Assembly (NCBI GenBank): GCA_963829525.1
Contig: CAWHIJ010000003.1
Span: 2,592,001-2,656,000, forward strand
Direction of reading: 5' to 3'
Source of the DNA: an uncultured Actinomycetota bacterium
Lineage (GTDB): Bacteria > Actinomycetota > Actinomycetes > JAHEKZ01
Length of the DNA: 64,000 nt
The position numbers and the translations under genes were made by a program. This document shows, one piece after another, positions 41,347-51,600 of this stretch. The notes beneath the pieces were generated by a model, which was given only the letters and a program-made list of their open reading frames with translations, was not told where the DNA came from and ran no database searches. Within the stretch, counting starts at the first letter, position 1, and each line of letters begins with the position of its first letter.

Positions 41347-41784
41347 GTGCGAGTGCGACAGGCTGTGCTGGCCGACCTACCGGAGATGGCAGCCACCGAC
41401 GGGGCCTTGACCCAAGGTTCGCCGCGCTGGGACGAGGTTCAGGACCTCTTGGCCGGGGGTCGGTGCCTGCTCGGTGAGGTGCTGAGTGGCGAGACTCCAT
41501 CGGTGGTTGGCTACGTCGCAGTCGCTCCGCACCACTTCTTCGGACGTGACTTCATCGCGTTGCTCGTTGTCGCAGATGCATGGCGCAGGCGTGGAGTCGG
41601 AAGGCAACTCCTCAACGCTGCAACCCGCCTGGCAACGACAGACGTCGTGTTCACCTCTACCAACGAGTCCAATCAACCCATGCTGGCGCTGCTCAGCCAC
41701 GAGCATTGGTTGGTCAGCGGAACTCTCAACGGCCTGGACGACGGTGACCCTGAGATCGTGTTCTACCGTCGAGCCAGATCATGA
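41347..41784 (+). CDS. GNAT N-acetyltransferase
   Basis: WRRRGVGRQLL, FTSTNESN. Confidence 0.82.
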   Translation: MRVRQAVLADLPEMAATDGALTQGSPRWDEVQDLLAGGRCLLGEVLSGETPSVVGYVAVAPHHFFGRDFIALLVVADAWRRRGVGRQLLNAATRLATTDVVFTSTNESNQPMLALLSHEHWLVSGTLNGLDDGDPEIVFYRRARS

Positions 41785-42629
41785 CTGACGAGACCCGCGA
41801 TGTACCCGCCCACGTTCGGGCCTCCGGTTCAAAGCGCCGGGTCCACAGGGTCCAACTCGAGACCGGGGTCTCCCTCGCATATGTGGAACACGGCGACCCA
41901 TCGGGCCCCACTCTCCTTCTGCTACATGCCTTTGGCGAGTCGCTGCGCTGTTTCGATCGTCTAACCCCGTTGCTGCCTGAAACTCTTCGCGTGTTGGCGA
42001 TCGACCAGCGTGGCCACGGCCAGGCTGATAGGCCGGTACACGGATACGACCTCGAGTCGTTGGCGGTCGACATCGTGGCGTTCATGGACGCGGTCGGTTT
42101 GTCGTCTGTCGTGCTGGTGGGTTCCTCCAGTGGCGGATACGTGGCCCAGCAGGTGGCCGTGCAGATCCCCTCAAGGGTTTCGAGGCTCGTTCTCATCGGA
42201 TCGCCGCGCAGCCTGCGAGGCAGGCCGGAATTCTCCGACGAGGTGGACTTGCTCACCGACCCCATCGACCCGGACTGGGCCAGAGCTTTTCTCAGTTCCA
42301 TTCCGCTCTGCCATGACGTGCCGGACTGGTACCTCGAGGACCGGGTTCGCGATGCGGTTCTCATTCCGGCCGACGTGTGGCGGGCAAGCCTCGCTGGTCT
42401 GACCACCTCGCCGGCACCAACCGACGCAGGGGCGATCTCGACTCCGACACTGATTCTCTGGGGCGACCACGACGGGCTACTGACGCTAGAAGACCAGAAG
42501 ACTCTAACGACCAAGATCCCGGGATCGCGGTTCGTCGTGTACGAGGATGTCGGCCACCTCGTTCTTTGGGAACAGCCCGAGCGAGTCGCCCGCGATATCA
42601 CCATCTTCCTCCGGGGGCTGCGGGCCTAA
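41781..42629 (+). CDS. Alpha/beta hydrolase
   Basis: DQRGHG, nucleophile elbow GSSSGG, WGDHD, GHLV. Confidence 0.88.
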   Translation: MTDETRDVPAHVRASGSKRRVHRVQLETGVSLAYVEHGDPSGPTLLLLHAFGESLRCFDRLTPLLPETLRVLAIDQRGHGQADRPVHGYDLESLAVDIVAFMDAVGLSSVVLVGSSSGGYVAQQVAVQIPSRVSRLVLIGSPRSLRGRPEFSDEVDLLTDPIDPDWARAFLSSIPLCHDVPDWYLEDRVRDAVLIPADVWRASLAGLTTSPAPTDAGAISTPTLILWGDHDGLLTLEDQKTLTTKIPGSRFVVYEDVGHLVLWEQPERVARDITIFLRGLRA

Positions 42630-42781
42630 TGCCTCTGTCAGAGCCACGCGCCCAGACACACACTGGGCGTGTCTGCTGACCGATGGGAAGAGGGACGGTG
42701 AGTTCTCGTGCCACGCCCAAGGCGACCGCACCCAGGCGTTCCAGTCCGACTTTCAACCGCCGACCCCACGAGAGGATCACC

Positions 42782-43219
42782 ATGACCTCGCCAACCGCCT
42801 TTGAACCTGCCCCGGTGAATGTGAGGATCAAGCTCTCCGCGCTGTGGACGTCCATGATGCTCGTCTTCGCGTACGTCGACCTCTTCAGCCTCTATCGGCC
42901 CGACGTCCGAGCCGACATCGAGGCGGGCCAGATCAGTGGGTTCACCGTCGACCGAACGTTCCTCCTGCTGACAACTGCCTACGTCGTCATCCCCAGCGTC
43001 ATGGTGTTCGGCGCTCTGGTCCTAAGACCCCAGATCAACCGCATCGCAAACCTCGTGCTGAGCGTTGTCTATGCCCTCACCATCATCGGTGGTGCGATGG
43101 GCGAATGGAGTTACTACGTCTTTGGCAGCGGGATCGAGGTCGCGCTGCTCGCGGGCATCGCCTACTACGCCTGGACCTGGCCGCGGGAGTCCCGACCCCT
43201 GGCGGGCGCCGAAAGCTGA
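42782..43219 (+). CDS. Small membrane protein (DUF6326-like)
   Basis: KLSALWTSMMLVFAYVD ... AWTWP; 4 TM. Confidence 0.7.
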   Translation: MTSPTAFEPAPVNVRIKLSALWTSMMLVFAYVDLFSLYRPDVRADIEAGQISGFTVDRTFLLLTTAYVVIPSVMVFGALVLRPQINRIANLVLSVVYALTIIGGAMGEWSYYVFGSGIEVALLAGIAYYAWTWPRESRPLAGAES

Positions 43220-43267
43220 AATGTAATGCCACCTAGGGCCAGCTTGCGCGTCGATCGCCGTCCATCG

Positions 43268-44497
43268 CTACAGCCGGTCCCCCACCTCGTCGGCCGCCCG
43301 CACACCTGATCGCAGCGCGCCCTCCATCAACCCGGCCCAGTCACCCGCCGTATGTTCCCCCGCAAAGTGCAGCGCGCCAACCGCCCGCTGCATTACCTCG
43401 TCGTCCTCGGGACGCCAGTCGGTCGTGACCGCACTGTACGCCTCACGGGAGAAGGGTTCGTCGGCCCACGTCGTGACAACGGCCCGTTCGACATCAAGCG
43501 GCAGGTCGTCGCGCAAGGACGCCGCCCGCTCGGCCCAGGTGCGCGGACCAGCTTCGACCTGAAGCGCGTCCAGGGCCGGGCCAGACCCGGAGAAGCAGTG
43601 CAGCATCGGCTGGACGGATCCGCTGATGTCAGTTGCTGTCCATGTCCAGAATCGTTCGGGGACACTCTGCACTGCCGACCACGGCACGTCCCTTGAGCCC
43701 GGGCGAAAGGGAATGTGCAGCTTGGCCGCCTGCCCTACTCCCGCGCGCGTCCATGCCTCCGACTTCCACTGTGGGAGGGGTGGGTCGAAGGACATTTCCC
43801 GTGTCACGGCCATAGGGGTCGCCACAACGGCCGCCTCAGCGTCGAGCTCACCACTTTCAGTGAATACACGCACGGTGTGCTCGCTCCACTCCATCCGGTG
43901 CACAACCTCACCGAGGCGTAGTGCATCGCCGAGCCGCTCGGCGAGCTCATTGGCCACCAGCTGGTTGCCCCCTGAGACCCGGAACGAGGGCTTGGGCTCG
44001 AAGGCAACCGTCACGTCGGCGGCGGCCGCCGCCCCTAGCCGCTCGACCGGACAGGCATTGGTCACCTCGATGCGCGAGCGAAAAGCTTCCAGTGCATCCG
44101 GATCGATCCGCGACGCCACCTCGTCGAGGATCTTGGACAGAGCCGTGCCCGGTACCGCCGTCGAAGCCGCCTGCGCGATGACCGCAGCGGCGGCAGCGAC
44201 GTCGTCATGGGTAGCACTCACACCGCGGGGCTCACGCACGTAGTACGACATCCCCATTGGCGCCAGAGCGAGTCCGCACTGGTCCATGACCTGCCGCATC
44301 ACGTCGTAGCCGGCCAACACGAACTCTGCACCCCGCTCGATGACCGTCCGAGGGTCGCCAGGTACCAGCTCCTCGGACCACACGCGACCCCCGACCCGGT
44401 CCCGCGCCTCCAAGACAACGACCTCGTGTCCGGCCTGGCGCATCCGCCAGGCCGCCATCAACCCTGCAAAGCCTGCCCCCACGACCACAACGCGCAC
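43268..44497 (-). CDS. Flavin monoamine oxidase family protein
   Basis: GAGFAGL, EARDRVGGR, FAGEHT..GLMEGALRSG. Confidence 0.9.
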   Translation of the reverse strand: MRVVVVGAGFAGLMAAWRMRQAGHEVVVLEARDRVGGRVWSEELVPGDPRTVIERGAEFVLAGYDVMRQVMDQCGLALAPMGMSYYVREPRGVSATHDDVAAAAAVIAQAASTAVPGTALSKILDEVASRIDPDALEAFRSRIEVTNACPVERLGAAAAADVTVAFEPKPSFRVSGGNQLVANELAERLGDALRLGEVVHRMEWSEHTVRVFTESGELDAEAAVVATPMAVTREMSFDPPLPQWKSEAWTRAGVGQAAKLHIPFRPGSRDVPWSAVQSVPERFWTWTATDISGSVQPMLHCFSGSGPALDALQVEAGPRTWAERAASLRDDLPLDVERAVVTTWADEPFSREAYSAVTTDWRPEDDEVMQRAVGALHFAGEHTAGDWAGLMEGALRSGVRAADEVGDRL

Positions 44498-44555
44498 GAC
44501 GGTTCCCCAATCCGATAGCAGCTGGTTCGACATTCTGGTCTGTCAGAGTGAAGCC

Positions 44556-46022
44556 ATGACGAAGCCACTCCCATCGGCCCCGCTGTTCACCTCCGCAGAA
44601 CTTCCCGAGCGGGCTCTCTCAGCGGCCGAACAGGTCGATCATCTACTGGGCAAGCGCGGTGAGGTCGACCATCGGGGCCCCGAGCTGAACACCATGATCG
44701 AGCTCAACCCTGATGCGATGGAAACCGCCATGGAGCGCGATGCCGAGGCACGCGACGGAGTCGCCCGTGGACCACTCCATGGTCTCGCCATGGCTGTCAA
44801 GGACAACATCGATACCGCAGACGCGATGCTCACCACTGCGGGATCGCTGGCCCTCACCGAAACTCGTCCAAGCCAGGACGCAGCGCTGGTTGCGAGGCTG
44901 CGCGACGCCGGCCTCGTCGTGCTGGGCAAGGCCAACATGAGTGAGTGGGCCAACATGCGGTCGCCGCACTCGAGCAGTGGCTGGAGCGCCAGGGGCGGAC
45001 TCACGCGCAACCCCTGGGACCCGATGCGCAGCGCCGGCGGGTCCTCGTCAGGTTCGGCGGCGGCTATCTCAGCGGGCGTCGTCCCACTCGCCATCGGCAC
45101 CGAGACCGACGGGTCGATCATCTGCCCCGCCAGCTACAACGGTGTTGTGGGCATCAAGCCGACGGTCGGTCTGCTGCCGACCGACGGCATCATCCCGATC
45201 TCGCACAGCCAGGACACGCCGGGACCGATCGCTCGATCCGTGCGGCTCGTTGCGTCGTTGCTCGACGCGATGGCCGGCACTGATCACTTCCTCGCTGGAT
45301 GCGACAACGTGAAACTCGGTGGCGTGCGTGTCGGCGTCGTGCGCGACCACTTCGGTGCACACGCTGCAGCCGACGGCGTCACCGAAACCGCGGTCTCGCT
45401 TCTGGCTGCGGCAGGAGCGACCGTCGTCGACGGCGTACCGGCAGTCTCTTTTCCCGACCCGCCGAGTGAAGACGACGACGAGTACCTGAAGGTGCTTCTC
45501 TTCGAGCTTCAGCACGATCTCACCGCGTACCTGGCCGGCCGTCCGCCTGGGGGCCCACGAACGCTCGCCGAGATCGTCACCTTCAACCGCGCCAACGCCG
45601 ACACCGAGCTGCAGTGGTTCGGGCAGGAATATCTCGAGCGCGCGGCCGAGCTCCCCGGCCTCGACGCAGCCGAGTACCGAGCTGCCCGAGCCAACACGCT
45701 GCGAGCGGCTCGTAAGGACGGCCTGGACGCCTCTTTCGGCAACCACGACGTTGACGTCCTGGTGGCGCCGGCCTTCCCGCCCGCCGCGATGAACGACCTC
45801 GTTCTTGGTGACCCGGCCGGTCCGGGCGGCGACTGCACCACCGCCCCTGCCATCGCGGGCTACCCGATCATGAGTGTGCCGATCGGTTTCGTTCACGGGC
45901 TCCCTGTTGGGCTGGCAATCACTGGTCCGGCCAACAGCGAGGCACTTCTCCTCCGCGTCGCACGCACACTGGAAACGAGACTTGGACTGCTCGACGACGG
46001 CGCGCTGGTTCCGCCGCTGTGA
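44556..46022 (+). CDS. Amidase signature family protein
   Basis: [33 protein letters not shown]. Confidence 0.92.
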   Translation: MTKPLPSAPLFTSAELPERALSAAEQVDHLLGKRGEVDHRGPELNTMIELNPDAMETAMERDAEARDGVARGPLHGLAMAVKDNIDTADAMLTTAGSLALTETRPSQDAALVARLRDAGLVVLGKANMSEWANMRSPHSSSGWSARGGLTRNPWDPMRSAGGSSSGSAAAISAGVVPLAIGTETDGSIICPASYNGVVGIKPTVGLLPTDGIIPISHSQDTPGPIARSVRLVASLLDAMAGTDHFLAGCDNVKLGGVRVGVVRDHFGAHAAADGVTETAVSLLAAAGATVVDGVPAVSFPDPPSEDDDEYLKVLLFELQHDLTAYLAGRPPGGPRTLAEIVTFNRANADTELQWFGQEYLERAAELPGLDAAEYRAARANTLRAARKDGLDASFGNHDVDVLVAPAFPPAAMNDLVLGDPAGPGGDCTTAPAIAGYPIMSVPIGFVHGLPVGLAITGPANSEALLLRVARTLETRLGLLDDGALVPPL

Positions 46023-46028
46023 CCTCGT

Positions 46029-47411
46029 CTAGCTGCGCAGGTGCAGCTGACGGGCAGCCTCAGACACCGAACCCGACAAGGAGGGGTAGATCGTGAAGGC
46101 GTCGGCCACTTGGTCGACGTTCAATCCAAGACGCACCGCGAGCGACACCGGGTAGATCAGCTCGCTGGCGCGCGGCGCCACCACGACTCCCCCGATGACG
46201 ATCCCGGTACCAACGCGACAGAAGAGCTTGACGAACCCGTCGTGGAACTCTTGCATCTTCGCTCTGGCGTTGGTGGCCAGCGGCAGCTTCACCTGCGCCG
46301 CGTTCACCTCGCCGCTGTCGATCTGTCGTTGGGTGACACCAACGGTCGCAATCTCGGGGTCGGTGAAAACGTTGCTGGAAACGACTGACAGGTCCAGTGG
46401 TTGGACGGCCTCGCCGAGCGCGTGTTTCATGGCAATCCGACCCTGCATGGCGGCTACCGACGCAAGCATCAGCACGCCGGTGCAGTCGCCGGCCGCGTAG
46501 ACGCCGCGGGCATTGGTACGAGAGACGCGGTCAATCTTGATGAAGCCTGCGTCATCCACATCGACCCCGGACTCCTTGAGCCCGATCCCATCGGTGTTCG
46601 GCCGCGATCCCACCGCCATCAGCACGTGCGTCCCTGTCACCGTGCGGCCATCCTTCAGCTCGACCGCCACGCCGTCCTCGGTACGAGACGCCGCCACAGC
46701 TCTCGACTCCGACAGCACTCTCATTCCTCGCCGCGCAAACACCTCTTCGAGAACCAACGCCGCGTCGGCGTCCTCGCCGGGCAGCACCCGGTCGCGGGAT
46801 GAAACCAGCGTCACCTGCGAGCCAAGCGCCTGGTAGGCACCGGCGAACTCCGCTCCCGTGACACCCGAGCCGACCACGATCAACTCGGCGGGAAGCTCAC
46901 TGAGGTCGTAGAGCTGGGTCCAGCTCAGGATTCGCTCTCCATCGGGCCGCGCGGACTCGAGCTCGCGCGGATGGGCGCCAGTGGCGACCAGGATCGCATC
47001 AGCCGGCAACACCTCCGCGCCGCCGGCAGTGAGCTCCGCGACGACCCGATTGGGCCCGTCCAACCGCCCCACCCCACGCACCACGCGCACGCCATCAGCT
47101 TCGAGGTGCGCCTCGACGTCTGCCGACTGAGCGGTCGCCAACGATTTCAGCCGGCTGTTGACGACCGCGAGATCGACGCCAACTTCGCCGTCAAAGCGGA
47201 CGCCCAAGGCTCGGGAGTCGTTCACCTCGTCCATCACATCGGCGACCGTGATGAGGGCCTTGCTCGGGACGACGTCGGTCAGCACCGCCGACCCACCAAG
47301 TCCGTCGCGGTCGACCAGTGTGACCTCGGCTCCCACCTGAGCAGCCACCAGCGCTGCCTCGTAGCCTCCGGGGCCGCCGCCGATGATCACCATTTTCGCC
47401 ACGGCCGACAT
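46029..47411 (-). CDS. NAD(P)H-quinone dehydrogenase (actinobacterial LpdA-type flavoprotein)
   Basis: GGGPGG, GSGVTGAE, AAGDCTG..LASVAAMQGR, YPSLSGS; no redox CxxxxC; divergent from GGCT. Confidence 0.9.
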   Translation of the reverse strand: MSAVAKMVIIGGGPGGYEAALVAAQVGAEVTLVDRDGLGGSAVLTDVVPSKALITVADVMDEVNDSRALGVRFDGEVGVDLAVVNSRLKSLATAQSADVEAHLEADGVRVVRGVGRLDGPNRVVAELTAGGAEVLPADAILVATGAHPRELESARPDGERILSWTQLYDLSELPAELIVVGSGVTGAEFAGAYQALGSQVTLVSSRDRVLPGEDADAALVLEEVFARRGMRVLSESRAVAASRTEDGVAVELKDGRTVTGTHVLMAVGSRPNTDGIGLKESGVDVDDAGFIKIDRVSRTNARGVYAAGDCTGVLMLASVAAMQGRIAMKHALGEAVQPLDLSVVSSNVFTDPEIATVGVTQRQIDSGEVNAAQVKLPLATNARAKMQEFHDGFVKLFCRVGTGIVIGGVVVAPRASELIYPVSLAVRLGLNVDQVADAFTIYPSLSGSVSEAARQLHLRS

Positions 47412-47463
47412 TCTGGCGCACAGATCACCAGAACCGTCCGGCGCGGCCCCTACGCTCATCGCC

Positions 47464-47913
47464 ATGGCCCTCTACGCCGCCTATGGCAGCAACATGGATC
47501 CGCGGCAGATGGCCGATCGTGCACCCCATTCCCCGCTGGCTGGAACCGGCTGGCTCGACGGGTGGAGGTTGACGTTCGGCGGCGAGGACCTCGGCTGGGA
47601 AGGCGCCCTCGCCACCGTCGTCGAAGAGGCCGGATCGCAGGTATTCACCGTCCTCTACGACCTGACAGAGCTCGACGAGCACGCCCTTGACGCCTGGGAG
47701 GGGGCCCTCGGCATTTACGACAAGATCCGGGTCAGGATCTCGACCTTGGACGGCGACAAGCTCGCATGGCTCTACGTGCTCAACGCCTACGAGGGCGGCC
47801 TGCCGTCGGCACGCTACCTGGGGATCATGGCCGACGCGGCCGAGAACGCTGGCGCCCCTGACGACTACGTCCGCGACCTTCGGACGAGGACCTGCCGCAA
47901 CATCGGGCCATGA
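47464..47913 (+). CDS. Gamma-glutamylcyclotransferase family protein
   Basis: YAAYGSNM, WRLTFGGE, LDAWEG, GGLPSARY. Confidence 0.9.
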   Translation: MALYAAYGSNMDPRQMADRAPHSPLAGTGWLDGWRLTFGGEDLGWEGALATVVEEAGSQVFTVLYDLTELDEHALDAWEGALGIYDKIRVRISTLDGDKLAWLYVLNAYEGGLPSARYLGIMADAAENAGAPDDYVRDLRTRTCRNIGP

Positions 47914-47929
47914 TGGGGGACGATTCGGA

Positions 47930-47958
47930 CTCAACCTCCCGCCAGTTTCGCCCGATAG
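47930..47958 (+). promoter_or_regulatory. Putative sigma-28-like promoter (leaderless transcript)
   Basis: CTCA-N17-CCCGATAG, ATG 7 nt downstream. Confidence 0.45.
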
Positions 47959-47965
47959 GCACACC

Positions 47966-48403
47966 ATGGGAGTTGCACCGCGTGACGACGTCCGCATCAT
48001 CAGGCCAGCCGCCATCCTCGACGAGCGGGCAGCTAATCGCGTCCTCGACGAGCTCAAGCGCCTCGACATCGGTGCTGGCGGCGTCTGGAACGCCACCTCA
48101 TCGCTGTGGCAACGCTACGACACGCCCTGGGATGGAGTGGGCGGGCTCCGTGGTAACGCGCGTTTGCTCGGATCCATCGCTGTCATGTACGACGCTCCCA
48201 ACCGCCACCAGATCACCATCTACAAGGTGACGGTGACGCCCTTCGGTCTCGAGAGCAACTGGAGTGTGGAGTCCCTCGTCGACGATGCGCTGACCTGGGC
48301 CGGACTTACCCTCGCCACCTGCCCAAGGGCCGAGCTCGGCGACCCTCCCCGTCGTGACCCGTTCAAGTCGGCCGGCATGGTCGGCGCTCCGCCCAAGGCC
48401 TAG
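47966..48403 (+). CDS. Hypothetical Trp-rich protein (145 aa)
   Basis: GC3-biased ORF filling the gap; GGVWNATSSLWQRYDTPW; no family recognised. Confidence 0.75.
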   Translation: MGVAPRDDVRIIRPAAILDERAANRVLDELKRLDIGAGGVWNATSSLWQRYDTPWDGVGGLRGNARLLGSIAVMYDAPNRHQITIYKVTVTPFGLESNWSVESLVDDALTWAGLTLATCPRAELGDPPRRDPFKSAGMVGAPPKA

Positions 48404-48436
48404 AGCTCACATGCCGCCGGTGTACTTCCGGTGGAA

Positions 48437-49687
48437 CTAGCGGCGCGCCTGCGAGAGATCGAGCAGCGCAACAGCAGCGAGCATGCGAACTCCCACATCG
48501 ATAGCGCGCTCATCGACGTCGAAGGTTCCCTGATGCAGGTCTCCTCCACCCAGTGTCCCCGGCACCTGGACCCCCAACCGGAAAAGCGCCCCGGGAGCAT
48601 GCGGTAGGTACCACGCGAAATCCTCGCCGCCCAGACTCTGCTCAACGGTCTCGACGCAACCCTCACCCAGCAGCGACCTGGCAACTGTCTCGATGAGTCG
48701 GACCGACGCTGCGTCGTTGATCACCGGAGGAACCCCACGCGTGTAGTCGACACTCACGTCGACCCCATAGGCCACTGCGACATCTCGGACAGCCCGGGAC
48801 ACGACTTCTTCGGCGTTCTCCCACACCAACGCATCCAACGAGCGCACAGTTCCGGCAATTTCACCGTTCTGGGGGATCGCATTGGCCGCGCCCCCAGCGC
48901 GAACCGTCCCCCAAACGACCGAGAGCCCGGCCCTAGGGTCCACACGACGCGACAGGATCGAGGGGACATCGGTGACGATCTTGGCCAAGGCGTAGACCAG
49001 GTCGCCGGTGAGGTGGGGGCGCGCGGTGTGGCCACCATCGCTGTTCAAGACCACCCGGAGGTGGTCGCTGCTCCCCGTGATCGGCCCGATGCGGACGCCG
49101 ATGCCACCCATGTCCTGACGTGGATCGCAGTGCAGAGCCAGGATCCGGTCGACCCCGTCCAGCACCCCTGCCTCGATGACGTCGAGGGCACCCCCCGGCA
49201 TCGACTCTTCCGCCGGCTGGAAGATCAGCCGCACCCGTCCCTTGAACTCGCGACGGTTGGCCAGCTCGGCCAGGACAACCCCAACGCCGATCAGGACCGC
49301 CGCGTGGACGTCGTGCCCGCAGGCGTGACAGACGCCAGGTACCGTCGACCGGTAGGAGAGCCCGGCCTTCTCGTCATCGATCGGCAACGCGTCGATGTCG
49401 GCGCGGAGCGCCACGGTGCGGGGGCCATGGCCGATGTCGCAGACCACCCCGGAACCACCAGGAAGCACGCTCGGTGACAGCCCGGCAGCGGCAAGGCGGT
49501 CATGAATGATCGTGGTGGTGCGCACCTCCTGGCGACCGAGCTCTGGGTGGGCGTGAAGATCGCGACGGATCTCGATCAGCTCATCGGAAATCTTGGCCAC
49601 CAGATCGGTGAGCTCGCCACCGAGGTGGTCGAGGTCGAGCTCCTGGTCTGCCACGGGGTCGAGGCTAGACGGTCCGGTAGCCCTCAT
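48437..49687 (-). CDS. M20D family amidohydrolase
   Basis: RRDLHAHPEL, RADIDAL, CHACGHDVH, FQPAEE, GGEDF. Confidence 0.92.
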   Translation of the reverse strand: MRATGPSSLDPVADQELDLDHLGGELTDLVAKISDELIEIRRDLHAHPELGRQEVRTTTIIHDRLAAAGLSPSVLPGGSGVVCDIGHGPRTVALRADIDALPIDDEKAGLSYRSTVPGVCHACGHDVHAAVLIGVGVVLAELANRREFKGRVRLIFQPAEESMPGGALDVIEAGVLDGVDRILALHCDPRQDMGGIGVRIGPITGSSDHLRVVLNSDGGHTARPHLTGDLVYALAKIVTDVPSILSRRVDPRAGLSVVWGTVRAGGAANAIPQNGEIAGTVRSLDALVWENAEEVVSRAVRDVAVAYGVDVSVDYTRGVPPVINDAASVRLIETVARSLLGEGCVETVEQSLGGEDFAWYLPHAPGALFRLGVQVPGTLGGGDLHQGTFDVDERAIDVGVRMLAAVALLDLSQARR

Positions 49688-49704
49688 GGCCTACTTCGCC
49701 CTCA

Positions 49705-51291
49705 TCAGAATGAGTCAACCGGCTGGTAAACGCCCCAGACCGCACGGAGCGCGTCACTTACCTCGCCGACAGTGGCCCTGGCACGCAGCGCCTCGCGCAT
49801 CGGGTAGAGCACGTTGGCCTCCCCCGACGCGGCAGCGGTGACCTCACTCAACCAGCGGTCGACCGCTGCCTGGTCCCGGTCAGCGCGCAGCTGATTCAGC
49901 CGTGCTCTTTGGTCGGCCTCGATCGTCGGGTCGACGCGGAGAGGCTCGTACGGTTCCTCGGTGTCGATCGCGAATCGGTTGACACCGACCACGACCCGCT
50001 CGCCATCGTCGATCTGAAGTGCGACGGCGTAGGCGCTCCGCTCGATCTCACCCTTCTGAAAGCCCCTTTCGATCGCGGCAACTGATCCGCCGAGCCGCTC
50101 CACACGCTCCATCAGGTCGACAGCTGCCGCCTCGACCTCATCGGTCAGCGACTCAACGACGTACGATCCGGCGAAGGGGTCGACCGTGCTGGTGACGTCG
50201 GTTTCGTAGGCCAACACCTGCTGGGTTCGTAACGCCAGACGCGCGGCCTTCTCACTCGGCAGGGCCAGCGCCTCATCGAAGCTGTTGGTGTGCAGCGACT
50301 GCGTCCCACCGAGAACTGCTGCAAGCCCCTGCACGGCAACGCGTACGAGGTTGACCTCAGGCTGCTGCGCCGTCAACTGGACTCCAGCGGTCTGGGTGTG
50401 GAATCGCAGCATCATCGACTTCGGGTTGGTCGCGCCGAACTCCTCGCGCATGATCTGGGCCCAGAGGCGTCGCGCGGCTCGGAACTTGGCCACCTCTTCG
50501 AGGATCGTCGTCCGGGATACGAAGAAGAAGGCCAGGCGAGGAGCGAAGTCGTCGACGTGCTGCCCCGTTGCGATCGCTGCACGTACGTACTCGACGCCGT
50601 TGGCGAGGGTGAACGCGATCTCCTGCGCGGGCGTAGCCCCCGCCTCAGCCATGTGGTAGCCAGAGATCGAGATGGTGTTCCACTGCGGAAGCTCCGCTTG
50701 GCAGTACTGGAAGATGTCGGTGATCAAGCGCAAGGACGCCGCGGGCGGGTAGATGTAGGTGCCGCGCGCAATGTACTCCTTGAGCACATCGTTCTGGATC
50801 GTGCCGCCAAGCTTGGTGGCGTCAACGCCCTGCTCCTCGGCAACCAGTTGGTACAGCAACAGCAGAACCGCGGCTGGTGCGTTGATGGTCATCGACGTGG
50901 TCACCTGGTCGAGCGGGATCTTGTCGAAGAGCACCCGCATGTCGTCGATCGAATCAATCGCGACACCGACCTTGCCGACCTCACCAGAGGCGACGGGATG
51001 ATCAGAGTCGTACCCCATCTGGGTGGGAAGGTCGAAGGCGACCGACAGCCCAGTCGTGCCAGCTGCAAGCAACTGGTGGTACCGCTCGTTCGACTCCGCG
51101 GCCGTGCCGAACCCGGCGTACTGACGCATCGTCCACGGCCGGCCCGTGTACATGCTCGGGTAGACACCACGGGTGAAGGGGAACTGCCCGGGAGCACCAA
51201 GCCGCTCGGCGGGATCCCAGGCAGCCAGAGTGTCTGGACCGTAGACCGGTTGGATCGCGAACCCCGACTCCGACTGTCGTGCCTCGCTCAC
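49705..51291 (-). CDS. Methylmalonyl-CoA mutase, substrate-binding subunit (no B12-binding domain)
   Basis: [37 protein letters not shown]; RBS AGGAG before GTG. Confidence 0.92.
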   Translation of the reverse strand: MSEARQSESGFAIQPVYGPDTLAAWDPAERLGAPGQFPFTRGVYPSMYTGRPWTMRQYAGFGTAAESNERYHQLLAAGTTGLSVAFDLPTQMGYDSDHPVASGEVGKVGVAIDSIDDMRVLFDKIPLDQVTTSMTINAPAAVLLLLYQLVAEEQGVDATKLGGTIQNDVLKEYIARGTYIYPPAASLRLITDIFQYCQAELPQWNTISISGYHMAEAGATPAQEIAFTLANGVEYVRAAIATGQHVDDFAPRLAFFFVSRTTILEEVAKFRAARRLWAQIMREEFGATNPKSMMLRFHTQTAGVQLTAQQPEVNLVRVAVQGLAAVLGGTQSLHTNSFDEALALPSEKAARLALRTQQVLAYETDVTSTVDPFAGSYVVESLTDEVEAAAVDLMERVERLGGSVAAIERGFQKGEIERSAYAVALQIDDGERVVVGVNRFAIDTEEPYEPLRVDPTIEADQRARLNQLRADRDQAAVDRWLSEVTAAASGEANVLYPMREALRARATVGEVSDALRAVWGVYQPVDSF

Positions 51292-51600
51292 TGCCGACTC
51301 CTGAGTGCCGCTGGTGTGCCACCCCGGTCCGGGTGCGCCCGGGTGCCAGCGTAGCGACCCGATCGACGAACGACCGCTGGGCTCAGAGGGGGAAACCGAA
51401 TCGGCGCACCGCGTCTGCATTCGGATCGAAGCCCTGCTCATCGGGAGGTGACTTTGGCACTGATTCGACCATGTCGTCGGGGCTGATGGGGTCCGGCAGG
51501 CGGCCGAACCGACGACGCCCTTCTTCGCGGGCCGGATCCTCGTCATCTGCGCGCTCAGCCATGAGATCACGGTACGCCCCGGGTGAGGAGAGTGCAGACT

